Part shown: piece by piece, positions 1 through 14,047 of the stretch
Layout of the letters: each line of letters begins with the position of its first letter
How positions within the stretch are numbered: position 1 is the first letter of the stretch
Assembly (NCBI GenBank): GCA_965178125.1
Contig: OZ237738.1
Coordinates: 1,302,001-1,366,000 of the forward strand
Source: Bilabrum cf. latius
Lineage: Eukaryota
Length of the DNA: 64,000 bases
Direction: 5' to 3'
Program-made: the position numbers and the translations under genes
The notes under the pieces: model-generated
Database searches by the model: none
What the model was told of the DNA's origin: nothing
What the model saw: the letters and a program-made list of their open reading frames with translations, nothing else

Positions 1-23
1 CAGATCCACATTACCAACCATCA

Positions 24-1842
24 TGATTCAATGGCACCCCTACTGACGAATACAGAGCATCCATGTACAGTGATGTTTGGGCCGATAGTGGTATACTGAT
101 CGGATCAATTCCGAGTACGAGCTGAGCGAGACCAGCGCTCTCACTTAGGGGAATTCAGAAGAAGATAAAGGAAATAATTTTTACTTTTATAGAATTGTTT
201 CTTGTCTTGTTGGCCCCATTTCCTTCGGATATGGATGGGGCGGCATCGCGGCGGAGGCCGGGAGGTGAGGGGGGACCAGTAGTTGGCGGACAACAGAGGG
301 GCCTACAGCTGAAGGGAGGGGTGCCAGGCGGATAAGGTTTACTCAGCGAGACAGGGCGTCTTAGGGGCGGGTAAGTGTGTGTGTGTCACTGCTGCCCGGT
401 AGTGTGTGTAATATTCTCTTGGGAGGGGGGCGGAGGCAGACCGCTCCTCCTCCCTCCGCACTCAGTACCAGCATGAACCAGCCCTCTTTTCTGTTCATGT
501 GGACCCCCTGACAACGGGGGGACCACGTGGCACCCACGCAGGATGGCGGCGCAGATTCGGAGGGTACCAACACTCATACCTAGCTACCAACATTTAAGCG
601 TTGCGGAGGGCAACGGAACGGGGCCAGGGAAGCTGCGTGCGTCTAGCCATCTAGAACACGTGGACGAACTGGTGGTGGCCTTTGCCACCATCCCATTTCA
701 CCAACCAGATGAGGCTCCGTGGTCGCATCTGGTGCCGATGGCCACTGTTAGCAGGACCGTTGGTGGGTGGCTTGGGGGGCCAGGGACTTGGCTGAGTCAA
801 GTAGGCGTGGGAGTAGGGGTGGGTGCGGTCAGTATGAGGTCCGTGCCTCATGTTGATCGCTGTAAATCCGGCTATAGGTCGGAAGCAACCCACCCTCCCG
901 GTTGCAACAGTGGGGACGGGTGTGAGGTGGCCACGCGTGAGGTGGTCATGAGACTGGGAGCAGAGGTGTGGTCCGTGCCGTAAAATCCCCCATGTGGAGC
1001 ACCTCTGTTTTTCTGGAAGCACAAAGAACCGCGTTGCGGGCCCAGGAAACTTCTGTCCTTTGGATGGCTCCGTGGCCGAAGGGGGACAGAGTGACCTGCA
1101 CAGCCGAGAGGAGAGCCTGAATCTCGGATCGACCCTGGGACAGTCGCACCGGCGACACCCACCGAGAGAGCGAGGCGAGATCCTGCACAGCGTACGCTGC
1201 AGTGGAGGACCACTGTGGTGCTGCAAGAGGCACGGCAACGTGCGGACAGCAGCCGGACCCCGTATCCTCACAGAGGGTAAGGCAATGGGAGCCTGAATAG
1301 GAGCGGACCGGGTGACGACTGTGCTGGGGCTGCGGTGAGCATACAGGACCGTGTCGAGCGTGGTGGGCTGGGCGGGATGTGCGAGCGGTGATGCCCTAAC
1401 TCGATCGAGTTCAAGATTTTTTTCTTCTTTTTGCGTGGTGGCGTCCCCTAGGTCGGGGCGGCGTGGGTGTTCCTTGCGGCGTTCGATGGGCGAACAGCCA
1501 AAAGGGGGGCCCAGTGTAGATCCCGTGGCCAGTGGCAGGTAGTCCCCATAGCGGCTTGAAAGGTCCGTGCCGCCTGCCCAGTGCCCGGGGAAGCACCAGC
1601 CAAAACCAAAGCGCCACGGAAGGAGGAGATTACGAGGAGCAGGTACTAGGTACGAGAGTGGAAGCTGAGGGCAGGACAAAGCGGCCAGCCGGGCCTAGGC
1701 GGCACGGAGACGGCCGTGCTAGCGACAGACGAGTGGGCGACGGTGGGTAGCGGCGCACGAGTGGCGCGTGGCGGGAGAGGGAGAGTGCTGGGGGAGCGAA
1801 GCATTGAGCGGTTGATCGACAGATCCACATTACCAACCATCA
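24..1842. mobile_element. Probable retroelement terminal-repeat unit (tandem LTR-like, or Ngaro-type split direct repeat); truncated by window edge
   Basis: The 23-mer CAGATCCACATTACCAACCATCA occurs at 1-23 and 1820-1842. The unit between starts TGAT and ends ATCA. It contains no convincing ORF. Confidence 0.4.
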
Positions 1843-1995
1843 CTCACTTGTTCGGGATGTTCCGCGTGCGCGGCGCCACATGGTTACAACCGCTTAGCAA
1901 GCCGTTCGGGCAGAGCCATTCGGTCGACCATGGCAGCCTCTGGAGCCGGAGAAACTGGTAGCACCGATGCCGCAGCAAAATCCAAGGCAATAAAG

Positions 1996-2853
1996 ATGGC
2001 GTCAGAGGCGGCGGCATCCTCACACAAATCAATTGTGAGTGATTGGCCTGTCTCAGTTGGTGTGCAGTTGCATGTATTAATCCAGCAGTTCAAATTCCTC
2101 TCACCCGGATAGCGGCGCAGTCAGTGGAAAAAAGAAAACTACTAGTTTTAGGTATGAACTCGGATTCAGTGTGTATGCATTGCTAGCTTTGGTGTGTACG
2201 GTGGTTGCTGCTTCCATCCATGTTTTTCTTGCACAGGCGATGCAACTGTAGGGAAGACAGCACTCGTAGCAATGTTTGCCTCCAAAGGCTCAGAGTATCC
2301 AAATTCGTATCAGATGGTAAGGATTTCAAAACTGCCAGCGCTGCACTGCGTCAGACGCGCGCCTGCAACACTAGAGTGTGCATGCTGGGATGATCTCTCG
2401 CAGACAACCGCCATGAACGTTAGGGTTCGAGGCGTACCAATGAATGCGGATGGGACCGAGCAAGTAGATTTGTTTTTGATGGACCACGGCGGCCAGAGCG
2501 CTCTCAACCAGACCGACTACGGCATGTCGCTATGGGGCGAGGCCGACGGAGCCATGCTTGTATTCGACCTCACAGACGTAGAAAGCCTCCGAAGCGTTGC
2601 AAAGTGGCACCGACGATTAGCAGACAGCCGACCAGGACAGCGGCTACCCGTGGTATTGGTGGGGAACAAGAGCGACCTCACAGAGGACGGTCGCCGCTCG
2701 GTGAGCAAGGAAGACGCGGTCGGCTTGGCCAAGCAGCTAGGGGCAGAGTACTTCGAGACGTCTGCCGCCAAGAATGCGGGAGTGGATGCGCCATTCAATC
2801 ACATGGCAAAGGTGCTGCTGAGAAGTTCCGGGGCTGCTGCGGCCGACAGCTGA
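1996..2853 (+). CDS. IFT27: Intraflagellar transport small GTPase IFT27/RABL4 (4 exons)
   Basis: GDATVGKTAL P-loop followed by FASKGSEYPNSYQMT, then LVGNKSDL and FETSA motifs. No C-terminal prenylation cysteine. GT-AG introns at about 2035-2120, 2152-2237 and 2317-2403. Ends in TGA. Confidence 0.85.
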
Positions 2854-3157
2854 CTCCTCCAGTGAGAAGTGCATTTCATGTAAAGTGATTCACTGAGGCT
2901 GACTAGACCTTTTATTTCAATGCCGAGGATGGCTTTTTGCATTATGTGCACACGTTCGTAAAAAAAGCCGCAGCTCGCATTGAATTCAAGCAAGCGAACT
3001 CACTCAGCACCCGACCCCCAGGGTGAATAACTTAAGCACCGAGCACCTAGCCCAGCCCCTATTCCTTGGTGGATTACCCCCTCTCCATCTAATCTTCCAT
3101 CTCTGCTGCTGCAACCAAACGTTCCACGCTCCATCCACCGAGCGAAGCGCCAGCCAA

Positions 3158-6100
3158 TCATTGCACCACCATGTCCCAGTGCGCCGGACCTGTCCTGGCG
3201 CCACCCGCGCCCCCGCCCGCACCACCAACCGCTCCAGCACCGGCACCGGACGATGACTCGCCGTCTCCGTCCTCCATGGCCGCTTGCCCCGAGCCACTCC
3301 CTGACCCATGGCCCGCTCCCGAGGCAGCCCCTCCTACACCGGCCCCAGCACCAGCGACCCCCGCGCCCGCAGCCTTGATGGACACCGACGTGGGCATTCC
3401 CTCCAGCGGGGAAGGGCCCTCTGAAGCGGTCAGCGTCCCGGCCTCGTCGCCGTCCTCGCCGCCGGAGGGGAAAGCAGACACCCAGGGGTGGTGCAGGTAC
3501 CACAGGATGATCACGCTGGAGTACTTTGCCCTGCGCAGCGTGTCGAACTGAAAGTTGCGCGTCTGGCACATCCTCAAGAATCCGTGCCTCGTGTCGAAAA
3601 AGTCGCACGAGAGGCGTTCCTCCTCCTTCTTCCCCGCGGCGCCCTTCCCGCCTGCACCCTTCGGGCCCTTGCGGTCGAGAGAGAACATCGAGGAGGCCGT
3701 GCTTGACTGCCTGGTCACTGGGGCAGGGGGGGCACCTAGGCCAGCACCCGAGCCAGAACCCCCTCGCCCAGTTCCCGTGGTGGACGCCATGGAGGACGTT
3801 CTAGTGGACCGGCGGCGCCTCACCATCGCCTGCCCCTGCCCCTGCAGGTCCCCAGCTTCATCCCCCGCCCCCGCCTGGGCTCCGTGGGAGGAGGCGCCCT
3901 TCCTGCTCCCGCGGGGTGGTGGGTGCCACGGGACCAGGTCGATCACGAAGAACTCCCTCCGCATGTCCTTGAGCTTGCGGCCCATGAGCTGCAGGATGTT
4001 GGGTACCTCGGTCATCTCCTGCGTCTGCAGAGCACGGGCGAGCACGGCCGGCGCCTTGCCAGCGGTGGTGCCCTTGGCTTTCTTGGCAGCAGCACCGCCT
4101 GCTGCAGCTGACGACGACGATGATGATACCGAGGATGTCCCTGCCTTGGCAGCCCCTGCCTTGCCTTTCGCCTTGGTGTCGGCAGCGGCTGCTTTGCTGG
4201 CGCTGCCCCCCTTGCCACCGCCCGACTTTGGCCCCGCGGCACCCCCTGCAGAGGCCCTCGGGCTGCTCCTCGTGCCCCGCCCATGCACCTCGCCGTGCTC
4301 TCCCTCCATGGATGCCTGTCCGTTAGCACCCGCCTTAGGAGAGCCGCCGAAGAAGTAGTCCAGGCCCGCGCGCAGGGGCTGCATGAGTCGGGAGAGTCCA
4401 GAGGCCTCGCCCGGCGCGCCCTGCTGCGCGCGGGTGAGCGGCGTGCCAGAGTTCACCATTGGCTGGGATACGGCCGCGGCGGTACCGGCGGTGGCAGCTG
4501 CCTCCTCCGCGGTGTGCCCCAGGATCCTCTTGATCTTCTCCGAGGGCTGCTGGCTCGAGCCGTTGGAGGAGGAGGAGGCCGCCGCTGCCGCCTCAGCGGC
4601 TGCAGCTGCCTTCGCCTTGGCTGCTTTGGCCTTGGCTGCAGCCGCTGCGGTGGCCGCCCTGTTCTTGGCTTTCGCCTTTGCCTTCGCCTTGCCTTTCGTC
4701 TTCGACTTGGCCTTGGAGCTCGCTTTCTGCTTCTTGCTCTTCTTGCCCTTCTGAGCCGCAGCCACCTGCGCATCCCTGTGCAGGTCCTTCACAATACGCT
4801 CCGTCTCGGCCGCCCAGTAGTCCCCCGAGAAGTACGGCGGCAGGCCGGCTTCCACGTTGGGGCTGCCGTCCGGGTGAAAGTACCTCGTGAAGACGCTCTC
4901 GACGCTCTTCACCACTCCGGTGGCCATCGCCCGCTCCAGCATCCTAACGTACCAGGTCCTCAGCCGCTCCTTGGTAGGGGTGCGTTGCTGGGGGGGATGA
5001 CGGTGGAAGATGTAGGCGTCGCCGCGCTGGGGCGGACACGCCCACAGGGCCGCTTTGCGGAACCCGCGGCGCCGCACCGAGTCCAGGTAGGCCACCAGGA
5101 GCTCGTGGTAGGCAGGCGTGCGGGCGTGCAGGGGCCGGAGGAACCGAACAGAGTCGAGGTAGGCTATGTACACGGTGCCGGTGTTGGGCGCGGGCGCGTG
5201 CGAGCTGTACTCCTGGACGTACAGGGCAAACACGCACACGTCCACGCCGTCCATGCGCTGGAAGAGCAGCAGGACGCGCTGCCTGTAGGGGATCGAGGCT
5301 GGGTATGATAGCGCCACCTTGGCTGGCTTGCGTCGGCGACGGTAGGCGGAGGAAGGGGAGGAGCCGCGCCTCCCTCGACCGGCAGCCGCCGCCGCCTTGG
5401 AGTCCGAGAACTTGAACCGCTGCTGCCCTGAGCCGCCACGCCTGCCCCTGCCCCTGCCCCTGCCCCTGCTGCTGCTGCCCCTGCTCGAGGTCGGTGACCC
5501 GGTGGGCTCTCCCGCGCCCGAGTCCCAACCGGTGGGCGAGGCTGCGCCCTCCGAGCTCATGTCCGTCCATGCCGCGTCGCTGGAGGCATAGGAGGATGCC
5601 CCGCCGACCTCACCGCTGTGCGTCGCCTGCGAGCTGCCCTCCACAACGGAGGATGCGGTCGATGCAGAGGCGACTGCTGCGCCCCGCCCGCTCCGACGAC
5701 CCTCTGTTTTGTCCTTGCCATCCTAATCCACCTCCTCCTCTTCCTCGCTCGCTCCCGCGCCGTCGCCCGGGTCATCATCCCCGAAGACCTCTTGCCTCGT
5801 GCGCTTCCTGCGGCCCTCTGTGCCACTGCCCGCCCTGGCCCTGGCAGACGACGAGGCGCCGGATGCCTGGCTGCGACCTCCAGTGGCAGTGCGCTGACCG
5901 GAGGACGAGGACGAGGCATCGAGCGCGCGGCCGGAGCTGCTCCTCGCCTTCTTGGCCGGTGGCGGGCCATCCCTCCCACCGCCCGCGCTGTCCTTGTCCT
6001 TGTCCTTGTCCACGGAGCCCTCCTCCGTCTTGTCGTCGTCCTCATCGTCCTGCGAGGCGTCGCTGTCCTTGCTTCTAGCACGGCGAGCAGCGAGCCGCAG

Positions 6101-7093
6101 CTGCCTCTGCAGGCGCTGCTGCTCCCCCACTGGCAGCTCTCCCATCTTGAGGGGCCGGCCCTTGCCCTTGCCTTCTCCAAAGGCCTTCCCGCTGCCTTGC
6201 TTGCTCTCCCGCGCGAGGCTGCGGCCCTCCGTCGCGGCTCGCAGCGCGTCGTTCACCGTGCCCTCTCCCGTGCGGATCACGTGCCTGAGCTCCTTGAGGT
6301 GCTTGGGCTGCACGAAACGCTGCAGAAGGGTGCGGGCGCTCTGCAGCGCAGTGTCCACGTAGGTGGACGAGGCCGCGGAGGAGGCCTCGTTGACGATTTC
6401 GTTGATCTCCTCGTCGGGTGGCTGCGGGATGCGGATGGCTCGCTGCACGGACTCGGAGATCTTGACCTGCTGGGGCATGGAAGACACCTCGCGCACCGCG
6501 ATGCTGGCTGCCACGGCTGGGGACGCCTCCACCGCGAGCCTCCGCCTCACCCGTCTCTCCACCTCCAGGCTCAGTGGGGTGTGCGGCAGCGCCGCCGCGG
6601 TCGTGGTGGGGTCGTCGCCCTCCTTAAATCGGCTCCGGATCTGTTCCCCGGCCCTCCGCGCATCGGCCCAGCTCGCGCACCGGTCCAGTTTCTCGAAGGG
6701 GGGCCAGTAGGGAGTGGACTCGCTGTGGGTCACGAAGCCCTCCACCTTGACCCCGGGCCTGCCCGACACGATGCCCGTCTCGACGTGTACCTTGGGCGGC
6801 TTGCGCATGGAGGCGAGCACGCGGCGCGCCTCCGCCGAGGCCTTCGGTAGCGACTTGAGCTTGTTCTTGAGGTCCTCCTCGCTCGTCACAGGCACGGGCC
6901 CGTCCTGGGAGGCGGGCAGGCTGCCTGCCCCCTTCATCCCGATGCCACCGCCACCGCCGCTGCCGCTTCCGGGCGCGCTGGTGGTGCCGTTGCCCATGTC
7001 AGTCACGGGTTTGCTGGGGGCACCCTCGGGGGGCGGCGGCTGTTCCTCCGGGCCCGGGGCAGACTTGAGCTCTCCCGCTGCATCGCTGGCGGA

Positions 7094-7140
<47 letters not shown>

Positions 7141-10100
7141 CCGAGCTTTTGGCCCTGCCCCTGCTGGACTTGGCCTTGCTTCCGTCCTCCTTGCCTACTG
7201 CCTGCTACCCTCTCGCGGCCGCACCAGCCGGCGTTGCGGGGCCGTTGCCGGCACCCTTCCCGTTGGTGTTGCGGGGCCGCTGCCTCGTCAGGAGCTCCAA
7301 AACACCGTGCCTGCGGCGGAAGGCAGCCGACGCGGCTGACCCCGGAGTGCCACTCGCGCCGGTGCCGGCTCCCGTCTGCTTGGTGGCGGCCGTTCCCTAT
7401 GCGGATGGGGTGCGGGCTCCGATCCCCTGCCCTGCTAGAGCGGCCAGCGTCCCTTGCTGTGCCCCTGGCTTGCTGGGCGTCTTGCTCGGGGTCTGCTTCT
7501 TCGGGTCCGTGCTCGGCTTGAGCTTGGGCGTCCTGGCACTGGCTCCCTCCTTGTCCTGACCCCGAAGAGTGCTGCCGGCTTCAGCAGCACTGCTGCTACC
7601 GGGCTCATCCCCGCCCGCTGCCTTGGCATTCCCAGCCGCGCCTCCTGCCGCAGGCACGCCCCCCGCTGACTCGGGCGAGTTGGCCTGGCCCGGCCCCGGC
7701 AGCGTCTCGTTGTCCACGAGCCAGGCCTTGGCCCCCAGCTCGATGGGCGGCCTCGGCACGTCCTCTGTCCAGGGCTGCGTGTACACGCCGCCGTCGGGCG
7801 CGATCCAGTGGAACCGGGCGGATTCTCCCTCGGACGACCGACTCTCCATCTCGACCTATGCAGAGCTACCAGCCGCGCATCCAGCCGGTACATCGGCTGG
7901 CTTAGGCGCCACGACGGCCTCGTACCAGGGGTCCACCAGCCCCGGCGGAGGCGGTCCTCCGGCGTAGGCTGCCAGCGGGTCGGAGGGCGCGGTGGGGGAA
8001 GCGGCCAGCGGCTGCTGCGCCTGCGCCGCGTGCTGCGCCGTAGACACTGCGGGCGGGGCGTTCGCGGGGCTGCCTTGCTTGCTGCCGGCATCTGCACCGC
8101 CGTCCTCGTCGGTCATGGACGGCTGCTGCTGCTGCCCGGGTGCGCCGCCGCCCTCGTTGCTGGGCGGGACCGTGGACGACGGGGAACCCGAGGCGGGCGT
8201 GACGGCTGGCGACGATTGCGGGGACGGCTTCTTCTTGGATCGAATGGCCCCGGCCGCGCGCTCCAGCTGCCTTGCGGCCGGCTCCGACTGCGACACGGGC
8301 GTGTCCACCGGTGCGATGCCCAGCGACAGGGCCCTTAGAGTGCTGCGCTGGTCCACCGTCGGCGGGATCTCGGGCAGGTGCGCGGCCTCGGACACGGCCG
8401 CGCCGCGCGCCAGCGTGTCGTTCCGTGGGATGGCGTGGAGGAGGGTCCTTGAAGTGTCCATCCGCTGCACGGCGCTCGTCGCAGCCGCGGCCGCCTTGGT
8501 CTTCCGGGGAGCGCGCTTGGGGCGGCGGCCCCCATGCCCGTGCCCATGCCCGTGCCCGTGCCCGTGCCCGTCGCCAATGCCGGCCAGGGCCTGCTCCACG
8601 GCCGCGGCTTCCTCCTCCACGCCCCCGCTGCTGCCGACCACGGCCTGGGACGCGGACGCCGCTGCCGTGGCGGCCGCTTGTTCCCTGGCATTGCCCGTCT
8701 TGACCCTGTTCTCGAACTGGCACAGGGTGCAGACGAACGGGGCCGACACTCCCCTCTGTTTCTCCAGCAGGTTGTCCTTGGTCTCGTTGAACAGGGCGCA
8801 GATCTGGTGGTACCACCCGTCGCACGTGTCGCACTGCACCCAAGGCTCCGCCAGCACATCGTCGTGCCGCTTGCGCACCAGCCGAAGGCGCAGAGCAGCG
8901 GCAAGGGAGGCGCCCACGCTGCGGCGGGTCACGAGCTGCATGTGGCCGCCGGGTCCCATCGAGTAGGCCGACGTGCCTGCGGGTACCTGAGATGGCTGCT
9001 GGCCGCCCTGGGGGATGGTAGCCACCACTCGGGCTGCTGCGTGGGCGGCTGCGTGCGCGGCTGACGCCGCCTGCGTGGGCCTGGCCGCGCCATCCGCGTC
9101 CATGCCGGCCGCTGCTGACGCTGCCCTGGTCCGCCTAGTGCTCGCCTGCCCCTCCGCGACCCCGCTGCCGCTTCCCGAGGAGGGCGGGGACGAGGAGGTT
9201 GTGCCGGTCGCAGGCCTGCCCCTGGTGGGGCCCTTGCTGCCGCCGCGCGCGCTGGCCGCGGCTTTGCGGGCCGAGGCCGCGCGCTCCCTGCGGCCAATCT
9301 CGGCCACGGCCATCCACGAAGCCGTGGGACCCTCGTTGCGGGCACCCACGGAGGATACCACGCCGGTGGATCGGCTGCCGGATCGCCCCCTCCCACCGGA
9401 GCTCGACACGGAGTCCCCCCTTCGCCTGCCCCTGCCCACACCCCTGCCCGACCCTCCTTTACCCCCCTGCGTGTTGGCCGGGCGCCTCGGAGACGCCACG
9501 ATTTGCTGCAGCGGGGAAGGCCCGCTCGCTGGCTTGCCCTTGAAGTCGTGCTGGATGGCCTCCCTGTCCAGAGACGTGGCCCCGTAGACGTTGCTCGTGA
9601 TCGAGACCGGCTGAGGAGGCAGACGGGGGACAACCACGGTCTGGTCGCCCACCTGCACCGTCGAGACCGTCCTCGTGGCCCTGTCCACCCTCATGATGAT
9701 CTTGGGAGGGGGCGGCCCTTGGTTGGCCAGGTGCCACTGCTGGCCCCGGGTGGACCTGCCTCCTCCCCCGGACCCCTTGGATCGCGAGCCGCCGCTGCCT
9801 CCCGAAAAGCTGCCAGACGACGGGCGCCTACCCCTGCCCTTCCCACGGCCACCCCTGCTGCTGCCGGTGCCGCTGCCCGACGCAGGCCCCGGCCCCACGG
9901 CTGCGCCAGCAGCCCCTGCTTCCGCCTTGACTGCGGCCACCGCTGCCCTCGCCGCCTGCACCTGCAGCCGGAGCCGCGCCTGATCTGCCGTCCTCCTCTC
10001 ATCCACGTCTGCGAGCAGCGCTGCCATGGCCACCACCTCCTGGAGGGCCTGGAGGGGGGGGAGCTGCTTGAGCTGGTCCCCGCCCAGCCGACCCGGGTTC

Positions 10101-12994
10101 AGGAGCCCTGCCGTGGCCTTCTTGATGGCGGGGAAGTGGCTGTAGATGGCAGCCGTGGGCGGGGGCACGGCATTGGGGCCGGCGTCGCGGATGCCTCCCG
10201 TCTGCACGCACCGCGCGCACCATCGGTGGCCGGTGCCCGTGTCCCTGAAGTACAGGTCACCGCGCCTCAGCCGCTCGGAGCAGTTGTCGCACTGCAGGAT
10301 GGGCGGGTCGAAGCGGAGGCACTTCTCCCCGCACAGCCCGCACACCTGCCCCTGGCAAAAATTGCAAGAATGCGCCGCACGGCGCGACACGTCCGCCTGG
10401 AACTTGCTGTCGTTGCGCCGCAGAGAGGTACCGAAGTCCTCCACCAGTCGTTGCGCGATCTGGTGCACCGGGTGCCCCGCGGGGTTGTACCGTATGGCGT
10501 TCCCAAAGGTGAGCCTCACGTCCTGGGCCAGCTCCTCGCTGCTCGTGTATCTTCCCGCTTCCAGCCTCTGCCTCACCGTGCCAAGGTCCATGGGTTTCTT
10601 CACGATCTTGTGGTAGTCCTCCAGGCGGAGGGCCACGGGGTCCACTGGCTGGTTGAAGATGCCGCCGTTGGAGGGGTGCTCAACCAGCCGCAGGATGAGT
10701 GCCCTGTATCTCTTGACGAAGATCTCGGCCCGAAGGGAGTGCACGTGCTGGGCCTGCTGCGTGGCCAGCATGGCGTCAACAGGGGAGATGCTCTTCGCCT
10801 CCGCGTCGCTCAGCGTGTGGCTCGTCCGCCCCGCGCGCAGCACGGCCGAACGGTCGATGCGGTCTCGAAGGCGGCTGGTCTGTTGGAGCGCTGCGTGCGG
10901 GGCGCCGCCGTCTCCGCCTCCAGGATCTTCGTCCTCATCGTCGTCATCATCGTCCGACTCTGAGCCGGATTCGGCAGCAACGTGCGCTTCGCTTGCTCCG
11001 CCCCTGCTGCCACCATCGCTGCCATCGCCATCCTCGTCGTCCTCGCTCTCGCCCTGCATGGCGCCCTGCATGGCGCGCACGCCCCCCATGTCATCTGAAG
11101 CCGGACCGGGCATGCCTCTCAGCCTGGGGGATCTCCTGAGGCTCGCACCAGTTGCAGACTTTGAAGAAGCGACTTGACCGTCGCTTCCACCTTCCTCCTC
11201 CCCCTCCTCCTAGCCGTCGTCGTCCTCGTCGTCGTCCTCATCTTCGTCTCGGTCCGACTCCTGCTTCCTTTCCTCCTCTTCGTCTTCCTCTTCTTCGCTG
11301 CTGCTGCCCCCGTGCTCTTGCACGCTGGCCATCCCTCGCACCGACCTGCCTCTCTGGGCTGCGGCCCTGCCCCTGCCCCTGCCTCTGCTCCTGCTCCTGC
11401 CCCCCTGCTTTTCTTCCTCGTCTTCCTCGTCCTCGTCCGACCCATCCGACATGTCCAACTGCCGGCTCGCCGATCGCAAGCGAGACAGACGGGTGGACAA
11501 AGGCGCGGGGGTGGACACAGAGGAAGGGGCGGCATCTGCACCGCCAGTGCCACTGCCACTCGCGCCACGGCCGGAACTCGCTTTGCCAACACCGCCTTTT
11601 CCCCTGCCCCGCCCGCGGGCCGCAGGGGAAGGCGGAGAATCGACCTGCTGGCCGCCCTTCCTGGCGGACCGTCGGGCCCCCGATCTGCTGCCGGCTGACG
11701 AGGGTGGCCTGCCTCCATTCAGCCGGGAGGACCGGCGGGAGGAGGATCTGGCGGACTGCCGGGCGCTGCGCCTGGGGGGCGTCGCGGCGCCGTCGGTTCC
11801 GCTTTCGTCCTCGTCTTCATCTTCGTCAACGCTGTGGTCGCCGTCTTCGTCTTCGTCATCGTCTTCTTCCTGCTCCTCGTCCTCGCTGCCAGATGGCGAC
11901 CCCTCAACGTCGCTCCCATCAGCATCCTCCTCCTCGTCCTCCTCCTCGGCCCCGGAGCTGCCCGACGAGACGCTGTCGATCCCATCGTATTGATCCTCAT
12001 CTTCATCTCTCCCGCTCCCATCGCCACCCGACGTGGACCCGTCGCTGTCATGGCCGCCGGCCGCCGCCCCGCCGCCTGCCGCCCTCCGCGACGGCCGACC
12101 CCCACCTGAGGATGATGACCCGCGCGCGCCGCCAGAGCTGCCCCTGCCCCCAGACCGCCTGCCGCTACCCCCGCCAGAGCTGCCCCCACTGCGGCGGCCG
12201 CTCCTCCTCGTTCCTCGCCCGCCCGCCACCTACCTTCCCTCCCCTCGCAAAAACGTCTCGCTGCCTGCATCGGCATCCCGCTCCTCCAGCGGTGCTCGCT
12301 CCCGGCCATGGCCCCTTGCAGCCAGATCCAGAGCAGCGTATCGAACGGGGATACCGATTCGGTCGCATTGCATCGCAGAGTGGGTGGAGCAATTGTGAAC
12401 TCTCGTGGAGTGGTCGTAACCACGGGACGTGGCATGCTCGTCACGAAGCAAGTGCTCGCTGTCCCGACCAGCAGTGCTCGTCGACAGCGAGTGAGCACGG
12501 CACCGAGGCGCAATGATGCTCTCGGTGTTCTGCGTCATGGTGGGGCACCGATCCAGTCTAGCAGCGAGCACAAAACGGCACACGTGCTCCTTCCGATTCA
12601 GAGGGGCTGCGTGGGGTGCTCGCTGCTGCTGTGAAGCTGATTTGCTCTGCAAACAGTCTAGCAGGCCGCACGGGCTCCTTCGCAAAGGCCGGTGCTTTCC
12701 AGACCACCATGCCCTGCGCCTTGGCCTTCGGCCGATGAGCTGGCGCAGCCATGGGCCCGCGCTCTGCTCGCGATCGCACCGGCCCGTGCGACGCGTCCTC
12801 CGAGTCCCTAACAGAGCCAGGTCCTGGAGCGCACAGAATGCATCGCGCAAGGCCTTCAGGGCAGCCTCACCGGACGCATCGGTTCCAGCTACCCCTACGG
12901 TCATGCTGAGCCTGGTTTGCTGGGCTGCGATAGAAAACGAGGGCAACACGAGCAAAGGAACCAGTACGCAAGTTACAGAGGGCAAACCCGCCAT
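3158..12994 (-). CDS. CBP/p300-family (KAT3) histone acetyltransferase with bromodomain, RING-like, PHD and HAT domains; about 3280 aa when TAG is read as sense; further 5' exons possible up to ~13950
   Basis: Bromodomain IFNQPVDPVALRLEDYHKIVKKPMDLGTV, PHD EPWVQCDTCDGWYHQICALFN, HAT VYIAYLDSVRF...LWACPP..GDAYIF and FDTLRRAKYSS. The ORF fragments share one frame and are separated only by TAG at 12230, 11210, 7856, 7397, 7205 and 5723. Ends in TGA at 3158. Confidence 0.9.
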
Positions 12995-14047
12995 TTGATT
13001 CACCGGGAAGTATTAGCAAGCCGGCTCCAGGCGAATGATTACAGCATATAGGTATTTTACGTATCGCGACCTCCACATCTTGTAACGCGAGGGGTCCAGG
13101 GTAGAAACCCACGGCGTCCTTCTGCAGCAGTATGAACACGTGTGCAATCCAGTTCCAGCGCGATAAAACCACAACTCCTAGGCAAAGGCATCGATCCACT
13201 GTACGATGCAGAATGGCCCCGGGGAAACCACAGAGCTGCCATTTATTCGGCAAATTAGCCCCAAGTACCCTCGGATTGCCAACCACCGGCCCCTCGATCA
13301 GCCCACCCAGCGCTTGTTTTGCTCTAGCCACGAACACGACCGACAAAACCTCGATAGTTTCACTAGTTGAATATCGTGGTGGCGTGCTGGGGTCATCCGT
13401 GCATTGCCCATGGAGAAAAAAACGGGGCGAACCTCGCTCCGGTCTGGGACCCGGGGCTCCGTTCGATGCCACAAACTACTCGATTACCGCACGAATTTCG
13501 GCCTCTCGGCCTTCTCCCTCCCATAGACACAGGCTAAGCTAAACAAAAAACATTTGCGCTGGGTCTTTCCGCCAGAGAAGCAACCAAACGCAACATTCGG
13601 CCGATAGTACCACCGCGCTCGCAGACGACAGTCCATCCAACTGATTGCATGCATGCTTGACAACGGAAATCGATACCACCCAGGATCAACGCAAGAGATG
13701 AATCTACTCACGAAATAAATAATATGAAGGGGTATGGCTTCCTATGTTTTGCTCCCGCAGGGTGGGCGGGAGCGAGGCAAATCCCGGTTTGGGGAGAGTG
13801 CCTCTGTCGCGAACAGGCCGGCCAGCAGCAACCAACCAAAACTTCGGGCGGGGGTTCGTGGCGAGAAATATCTGGTATTGAAATTTGTAAGGTGTACTGA
13901 GACAAACAATGAATCGGCAGAACGTTCATTCTGCAAGATGTTCGTTGACACTCGTCACATGAATAGTTGCAGCACGTGGCCACACCGCTTTCTGGACCAA
14001 GCGCACAACAGTACCTGGTTCAATCATCGTCTGGAGCAACTCACTGC

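Noticed and set aside
651-1679. 342-aa minus-strand ORF as a retroelement protein
   Set aside because: No gag, RT, RNaseH or recombinase motif is recognisable, and the composition looks non-coding.
13000-13983. Separate gene between CBP/p300 and MEMO1
   Set aside because: Short minus-strand ORFs could be 5' exons of the CBP gene, but I could not build a supported model.
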